Source: a virus
Taxonomy: Duplodnaviria > Caudoviricetes
Virus record (IMG/VR): IMGVR_UViG_3300032319_000974
Coordinates: 1-38,946 of that record
Direction: 5' to 3' (one strand)
DNA: 38,946 bases
Both the position numbers and the translations under genes were made by a program. This document shows, one piece after another, positions 33,275 to 38,946 of the stretch. Below the pieces are notes generated by a model. It did no database searches and was not told the origin of the DNA. It saw nothing but the letters and a program-made list of their open reading frames with translations. Numbering within the stretch: the stretch's first letter is position 1; each line of letters begins with the position of its first letter.

Positions 33275-34906
33275 ATGGCTCTTTTAACGGAATTCCCTTC
33301 GGGGTATCATAAGCCAGAAGCGCTCAATAAGTCGTTCGACATGATTGTGCGGGACTGGTCGCGTCAGCAGTTCGGCGGAGACTCCATCGTTGAGGAAATC
33401 CGCAAGGCGCTTTCGACTGGTGTGTCCGGTCAAATCGCTGGTGCTGCCATTCAGTCGGGTGAGGCTACTGCGCTTCGCCTCGAGAACCTTGACAACACCA
33501 TGACCTCGGTGCTTGCGACAGCGGAGCATCTGAAGGTGTTCCGGTTCCTTCACAAGGAACCCAGCAAGCAGCCGTATTACCAGTGGAACCGCCGTGAGTC
33601 CTACGGCTCCAGCCGTGGGTTCTTCGGCTTTTCCGAAGGCGGACTGCCCAACGGTGGCAAGGGCCAGTGGAGCCGTAACGGAGCGTACGTCAAGTTCCTC
33701 GGGACCAGAGGTGGAGTGACGCATCCGGTCGTCCTGACCAACATCCTCGGCGGCATGTCGATGGACCCGGTCGCGGAAGACCAGTTGGGACGCACGATGG
33801 ATTTCATGCAGCGCATCGAGCGTGCCACGCTTTATGGTGACGATGACATCCTCGACGCCACGGGCACCGAGAGCAACTATGACGGTCTGCTCAAGCAGTT
33901 GACCAAGACGCGTCAGAAGAACGTCATTGACCTTGCAGGCAAGCCACTCAACCTCGACACCATTGCCAATGCGGCTACCAAGTTGGTCACTGAGGGCAAG
34001 TTGCTTTCCTTCCAAGATGTGACGCTGTTCATGTCCCCGCAAAACATCGAAGACCTTGGCAAGTTGCGCTGGCAGACGGTTATCTCGGGCAGCACAATCA
34101 GCGGCCCCGGAACCACGGTTGACCGTGCAGACCTGACCACATCGGCTCGTCAGAACCTGATCGCCGGTCTTTCGGTCGTGGGTCAGGCGACATCGTTCGG
34201 TGTCATTCCTTTCGAGTGGTCGATCTTCACCGAGCCGGTCGAGAGCGGATTGCCGCTGAACCTCGTGAACAACGCGGCTGACTCGGGTGCTGCGACAGCG
34301 CCGATTGCGTTGGTTACTGCTCGCATGACCGTTGCTGCCACTACGCAGGCTGCGACGAATGGTGCGACAACGAACCTCACGGGCACGACGAACTTGCCGA
34401 CTTCCACGACTTTCTGGTATGCCGTTTCGTCCGTGAATGACCTTGGCGAGTCGCTGGCTACTGTTTCAACGAATAGCGTTGCAACCACAACGGCAAATCA
34501 GCAGGTCACGCTCGAGATCACGCGTGTGACGGGCACGGGAACCGGAAATGCTCGTGCATACCGCGTCTATCGCCTCGCAAAGGCGAGCGGCACACCGACT
34601 GCCACCGATCCTGACTGGCGGTTTGTCGGCTATGTTGCGGACCCGAATACCGGCACCTATGCGACCTTCATCGACCGCAACGGTACGCCTGAACTTCACA
34701 ACAACTTCATGCCAAACACCAACATTGCGCCGCTCATCTGCCGCAACCCGGCTGACCTCTGCATCGCGCAGATGTCGCCACTGCTCAAGATGCCGTTGGC
34801 CCCTGTTAGCACGACGTTTGAGTACCTCCTCCTTCTGTATCATACACTGGTCCTCAAGGCACCGGAGCGTCAGATCATCTTCAAGAACGTCGGCGCTCTT
34901 GCGTAA
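33275..34906 (+). CDS. Major capsid protein, SPO1/Herelleviridae-like
   Basis: IRKALSTG..ALRLENLDNTM, FSEGGLP, VKFLG, YDGLLKQ, NVIDLAG, Ig-like insertion YAVSSVNDLGES..YRVYR, QMSPLLKMPLA, IFKNVG; strongly biased codons. Confidence 0.93.
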   Translation: MALLTEFPSGYHKPEALNKSFDMIVRDWSRQQFGGDSIVEEIRKALSTGVSGQIAGAAIQSGEATALRLENLDNTMTSVLATAEHLKVFRFLHKEPSKQPYYQWNRRESYGSSRGFFGFSEGGLPNGGKGQWSRNGAYVKFLGTRGGVTHPVVLTNILGGMSMDPVAEDQLGRTMDFMQRIERATLYGDDDILDATGTESNYDGLLKQLTKTRQKNVIDLAGKPLNLDTIANAATKLVTEGKLLSFQDVTLFMSPQNIEDLGKLRWQTVISGSTISGPGTTVDRADLTTSARQNLIAGLSVVGQATSFGVIPFEWSIFTEPVESGLPLNLVNNAADSGAATAPIALVTARMTVAATTQAATNGATTNLTGTTNLPTSTTFWYAVSSVNDLGESLATVSTNSVATTTANQQVTLEITRVTGTGTGNARAYRVYRLAKASGTPTATDPDWRFVGYVADPNTGTYATFIDRNGTPELHNNFMPNTNIAPLICRNPADLCIAQMSPLLKMPLAPVSTTFEYLLLLYHTLVLKAPERQIIFKNVGALA

Positions 34907-34934
34907 TCCTTTGGTATAATTCATACCGGGCACT

Positions 34935-34968
34935 ACCGCCATTGCCTCACAAAGGCAATGGCGGTTTT
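34935..34968 (+). terminator. Intrinsic terminator after the capsid gene
   Basis: ACCGCCATTGCCT-cacaa-AGGCAATGGCGGT followed by TTT. Confidence 0.8.
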
Positions 34969-34986
34969 GCTTGAAGGAGCATTCGC

Positions 34987-35424
34987 ATGGGACGTGGAAA
35001 CGCACAGGAACGAGCCGCACGGGCGGCCGCACGACTGCAGGCTGCAGCAGAACAATCCAAGGAAATTGCAGAACAGGCATTTGCCGCAGTTGACAATGGA
35101 GCCGATCCTGAATTGGTGATGTCCATTGCATCGGAAGCCATTACGCAAATTGACATTTCGCCTGAAACAACCGCTGTTCTTGAAAGTGTCAAACAAGACA
35201 ATGAGCGCAATGAACTTCGCAAGATCATTGATCATGACTTGGTCAAGGAACGGCAACGCACCATTCGTGCCATTGGAGACCTTGATGGCACCTCGTGGGT
35301 GACGGCTGTCTGGTTGGATGGCATTCCATACGAAGTGGAATTCAACACACAGGGCATGGCTATTGTTCCAGAAACTGTGGCGCTTCTTCTTTGCAATGGG
35401 AACTCATACGAGTTTTGTGACTGA
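34987..35424 (+). CDS. Hypothetical protein downstream of the capsid gene
   Basis: GAAGGAG RBS; C-terminal VEFNTQGMAIVPE module. Confidence 0.75.
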   Translation: MGRGNAQERAARAAARLQAAAEQSKEIAEQAFAAVDNGADPELVMSIASEAITQIDISPETTAVLESVKQDNERNELRKIIDHDLVKERQRTIRAIGDLDGTSWVTAVWLDGIPYEVEFNTQGMAIVPETVALLLCNGNSYEFCD

Positions 35425-35479
35425 TCCATCAAGGGAATATCATTCCCTTAGAATCATTATGATTTCTTAGGGATAAAAA

Positions 35480-36610
35480 ATGTCAGTACCAGAATATGTC
35501 TTTTTGCATAGAGTACAGGAATTTTACGACCAACTGCGTCTCGGACACAATCTGTGGAAAATCGACGAGGTATTGAACTTCGTTGATGATCGTGGCCGAG
35601 AAATGGTCAAGCGATGGATTCAGGACGAACGTTTTCCTTGGACGTTCGGACGAGGATACACGCTCCTGACACAACCTGCTCCCGTTATTGCGCTTGTCGT
35701 TGATAGCGACAGCGACCGGGCGGGAGGATATTTTCTGGGCAATCATGCTGGACAGGGCATCGAATATGACCCTACTGGCACCAATCCGCAAATGTACTGG
35801 GAGCAGAACGCCCGGTTAAAAACCGGGAGTTTTGTGTTTGTGCTTACCGCTCCCAACTCTGACATGCTTACGGCAATGTACTGCCTTCTTGAGCGGGCAT
35901 TGTATGAAGGAGAAACGCCTCCTACAGGTGAGGAAAACATCATCAGTTTTTCCGATTACGGAATTTCCGAATTGCGTTATTCCGGCAGTGATTTGCGGCC
36001 GGATCAGAATTACATTCCTACTGCGGCATTTGCTCGGACGCTCCGTGTGTCCTGCACGTACATGCATACATGGTCAGGGAAAATCTGGGGTCCGACTGGG
36101 TATGCGTTCAGCATTGATTTGGGTAACCTGCTTGTTGATGGAACTGCCGAGCAAACCAATCCGAAATTCATTGCGGGCAATCCAGTATTACCCATAAAAG
36201 AAAGTCTTGTCTTCAGCAACATTCCCGGAGCGGTCCTGAGTGGATCAACTGAAAGCGCTTCTTCATCCACTGTGCTGACAAGCAACGCATCATTTCCTGC
36301 TGCTGATAACATCATTGTCGTTCCCCCAAATTCTGCCATTACATTCAATGCAACTATTGGCGCAAATATCAATGGAGAAGCATCAGCTTTGTGGAGATTT
36401 TCCGGAGTTGTTCGAAGAGAAGCGGATCCTTCAACTGTTACTCTTGTAGGAATTACTTCGTATGATGTAGTTGCAGATGAAATATTTTCAACAACGTATG
36501 TAGATATTTACACCGACACACAATACGGAGCGTTAATTTTTGCCGTAAAAGGAATTGATGAAGTAACTATTAACTGGCAAGCAACAGTACAGATAAAGGA
36601 ACTGCCGTAA
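35480..36610 (+). CDS. Putative tail-completion/terminator-like protein with an extra C-terminal beta domain
   Basis: GY..PAPVIALVVDSDS..FLG..APNSDML..Y..L..AL..SGSDL..FARTLRVSCTY resembles myovirus tail-terminator genes. Confidence 0.6.
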   Translation: MSVPEYVFLHRVQEFYDQLRLGHNLWKIDEVLNFVDDRGREMVKRWIQDERFPWTFGRGYTLLTQPAPVIALVVDSDSDRAGGYFLGNHAGQGIEYDPTGTNPQMYWEQNARLKTGSFVFVLTAPNSDMLTAMYCLLERALYEGETPPTGEENIISFSDYGISELRYSGSDLRPDQNYIPTAAFARTLRVSCTYMHTWSGKIWGPTGYAFSIDLGNLLVDGTAEQTNPKFIAGNPVLPIKESLVFSNIPGAVLSGSTESASSSTVLTSNASFPAADNIIVVPPNSAITFNATIGANINGEASALWRFSGVVRREADPSTVTLVGITSYDVVADEIFSTTYVDIYTDTQYGALIFAVKGIDEVTINWQATVQIKELP

Positions 36611-37068
36611 TGGTTCGTATTTATGGCATCACCTCTACATCAGGCGGATCAGGTGGATCAGGTGGATCAGGTGACTCTACATTTTCCTTGTCTGGAGTTA
36701 CATCAGGAAATTCTTCTGTATATTTAACAAGTAATGGAAGTTCTTCAGAAAATTCACAAAATATTTTTATTGTTTCCAGTAATACTGCCGTAGAGTGCGA
36801 TATATCAATTGTGGCAACAACGGATACTACGCCAAAATATTCTGCATCTTGGGCCATGAAAGCCCTTCTTCACAGACAGTTTGCAGAATCAACCACGAAA
36901 CTTATTGGTATTGGAATGGCAGAAGCCATGTCTGATTCTGAACTAAAATTTTTAACTGTATCCATATCTGAAAATATTGTTTTGGGCGGATTAAGCATAC
37001 AATGTACTGGGGTCAGTCAATATACTTCTATAAAGTGGATTGCAACAATTACCGCAACGGAGGTCTAG
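36610..37068 (+). CDS. Beta-rich structural protein paralogous to the C-terminal domain of the upstream gene
   Basis: GGS linker followed by LTSNG..NIFIV..W..LGGLSI..IKWIAT. Confidence 0.7.
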   Translation: MVRIYGITSTSGGSGGSGGSGDSTFSLSGVTSGNSSVYLTSNGSSSENSQNIFIVSSNTAVECDISIVATTDTTPKYSASWAMKALLHRQFAESTTKLIGIGMAEAMSDSELKFLTVSISENIVLGGLSIQCTGVSQYTSIKWIATITATEV

Positions 37069-37069
37069 C

Positions 37070-38946
37070 ATGGCTGTCGTAACGTTTAGCGCCGCAAGAC
37101 AAACAACATTTACCACACCCATCGAGGGAACAGATGCAGTAGGTGGGTTGACGATTACAAGGGCAAGTCAGAACACGACCGGCAGTGCCGTTCTGACTGT
37201 CAATAGCCTTGCGGTTGGTGCAAGCGTCACTGATGCTTATGGCCTGTACGTTAACGCTCCAGCCATTTCTGCCAGTTTCACACTGACAAACGCCTATGGC
37301 GCATACATTGCCGCACCTGCCGGAGCAGGCACAAGAACGAATGCATATACATTGGGTCTGGCAGCGCCGAGTGGAGCGGGAACGGATAACTATTCCTTGC
37401 TTGCCGCCGGTGCCGTGAAGATTGCAACAGCAATTGACACCGCGTCCGCGTCCTTCAACCTCCTCAATGCCAATGCAACCACGGTGAATTTTGCCGGAGC
37501 AGCCACCACGCTCAGCATTGGCGCGTCAAGCGGCACCACAACCGTCAACAATGACCTGAACATTGCTACCGGAAAAACCTACAAGATCAATGGAACGACC
37601 GTTCTTTCCGCAACCTCTCTCGGCACCGGAGTGACCGGATCGTCGCTTACAAGTGTGGGAACCATTACCTCGGGCATCTGGCGAGGCACGGCAGTCGAGG
37701 TTGCTTACGGAGGAACGGGCACCTCGACTGGATCGATTACCGGAACAGGGGCGCTGACATTCACTGCGGGAGGAACAAACCAGAACGTCAATCTTGTTGC
37801 AAGTGGAACGGGAACGATTGATGTCGGTGGAGCAAGAATCACCAGCGTCGGCACGCCGACACAATCCACCGACGGGGTAAACAAGGCGTATGTGGACACG
37901 TATCGAACAGGACTTGATGTCAAAGACTCTGTGCATGTTGCGACTACTGCTGATATTTTGACATACATAACCAATTCTGGAGCAGCAACAACATTCACGA
38001 TTGATGGTCATGCAATTTATGCCGCGTCATTTACCGGATCAATTAGCGGCACAACATTAACGGTCACAGGCACGCCAACGGGAACCCTTGAGCCAGAACA
38101 CGTCATTCTTGGAGGTTCCGTTCAGACGAATACATACATTGTCCAGCAGTTGACAGGCACCGCTGGAGGAACAGGAACGTACCAAGTCTCAGTTAGTCAG
38201 ACTGTTGCTTCCACATCATTGACATCTGGTATGCGGGTCTTGGTCAAGGACCAGACCACTGCATCGCAAAATGGTATCTATATCGCACAAACAAGTGCAT
38301 GGGTACGGACTGCCGATTTCCCTGCTGGTGTTTCTTCTTTTGTCGCGCCGGGCGCATTCATTTTCGTTGGTTACGGTACGGTCAATGCTGCAGTCGGGTA
38401 CGTCCTTCAGACTGCCGCAGAAGCTCCGATCAATGTCGGTACAACCGCTATCTCCTTCTCGCAGTTCTCGGGTGCGGGACAGGTACAAGTCACTGCTCCC
38501 CTGCTCAAGAGTGGAAATACCCTGAGCATTGATACCGCTGTTGTCGCAACCAATTCCAACACGATGACGTTATCGGGAAAGACCATTGCGTACTCCGGGC
38601 TTTTGTTCAATGACAACACAGGAACGCCGAAGACCATCACACTGGCTTCCCCCGCTTCGCTTGCGGCAAATATTAATATTACCTTTCCGTCGATAACAGA
38701 CACGCTCGTCGGTAAGGCAACGACTGATACATTCACGAACAAGACGTTTGACACCGGAGGTAGCGGCAACTCGTTCAGCATTGCTGGAACGGCGATTACC
38801 GCTAAAACAGGAACTGGATCGGTAGTTCTTGCGACCAGCCCTTCCCTGACAACGCCGAATTTCTCGTCTATCGTCAATACAGGAACATTGACGCTTCCGA
38901 CAAGCACAGATACGCTCGTTGGTAGGGCAACAAGCGATACATTCAC
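37070..38946 (+). CDS. Fibre protein (tail or head fibre), >625 aa, open at the right edge
   Basis: Not in the ORF track. ATG 37070 after GGAGG; Thr/Gly/Ala-rich; SSLTSVGT, VAYGGTG, DGVNKAYVD..GLDVKDSV, RVLVKDQTTASQNGIY, repeated TDTLVG[KR]AT[TS]DTFT. Confidence 0.88.
   Translation, partial: MAVVTFSAARQTTFTTPIEGTDAVGGLTITRASQNTTGSAVLTVNSLAVGASVTDAYGLYVNAPAISASFTLTNAYGAYIAAPAGAGTRTNAYTLGLAAPSGAGTDNYSLLAAGAVKIATAIDTASASFNLLNANATTVNFAGAATTLSIGASSGTTTVNNDLNIATGKTYKINGTTVLSATSLGTGVTGSSLTSVGTITSGIWRGTAVEVAYGGTGTSTGSITGTGALTFTAGGTNQNVNLVASGTGTIDVGGARITSVGTPTQSTDGVNKAYVDTYRTGLDVKDSVHVATTADILTYITNSGAATTFTIDGHAIYAASFTGSISGTTLTVTGTPTGTLEPEHVILGGSVQTNTYIVQQLTGTAGGTGTYQVSVSQTVASTSLTSGMRVLVKDQTTASQNGIYIAQTSAWVRTADFPAGVSSFVAPGAFIFVGYGTVNAAVGYVLQTAAEAPINVGTTAISFSQFSGAGQVQVTAPLLKSGNTLSIDTAVVATNSNTMTLSGKTIAYSGLLFNDNTGTPKTITLASPASLAANINITFPSITDTLVGKATTDTFTNKTFDTGGSGNSFSIAGTAITAKTGTGSVVLATSPSLTTPNFSSIVNTGTLTLPTSTDTLVGRATSDTF

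Noticed and set aside
36640-36675. (tcaggtgga)n short repeat
   Set aside because: Encodes a simple GGS linker.
1-38946. Stop-codon reassignment or suppressor tRNA
   Set aside because: Genes are intact in the standard code, TAA, TAG and TGA all end genes at operon junctions, and all five tRNAs have sense anticodons.

Overview
The whole window is a segment of a large tailed dsDNA phage genome in the standard genetic code, with a SPO1/Herelleviridae-like head module. 1-15.3 kb holds a divergent cluster of large, low-complexity, modular proteins. One of them runs off the left edge and is missing from the ORF track: it carries a HipA/CtkA/PI3-4K-like kinase domain, a second phage domain and a DUF6321-like domain. 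15.3-21.8 kb holds a Vsr/DUF559 nuclease, neck proteins, a class II ribonucleotide reductase and a 2H phosphoesterase. 21.8-28.3 kb is a minus-strand block of small genes interleaved with five tRNAs, all with U34 anticodons. 28.4-30.5 kb is an SSAP/exonuclease/SSB recombination module. 30.8-38.9 kb encodes prohead protease, acidic scaffold, major capsid protein, tail-completion-like proteins and a fibre. The main finding is a [LIVMF]-x-K-[SA] motif, the apparent prohead-protease site of capsid, scaffold and protease. It also recurs at domain boundaries of the large left-hand proteins and after short Phe-rich leaders on small enzymes. This suggests a protease-matured, capsid-packaged polyprotein cargo system delivering a kinase and a 2H phosphoesterase. 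Family assignments are from motif recognition by eye; no database search was run.
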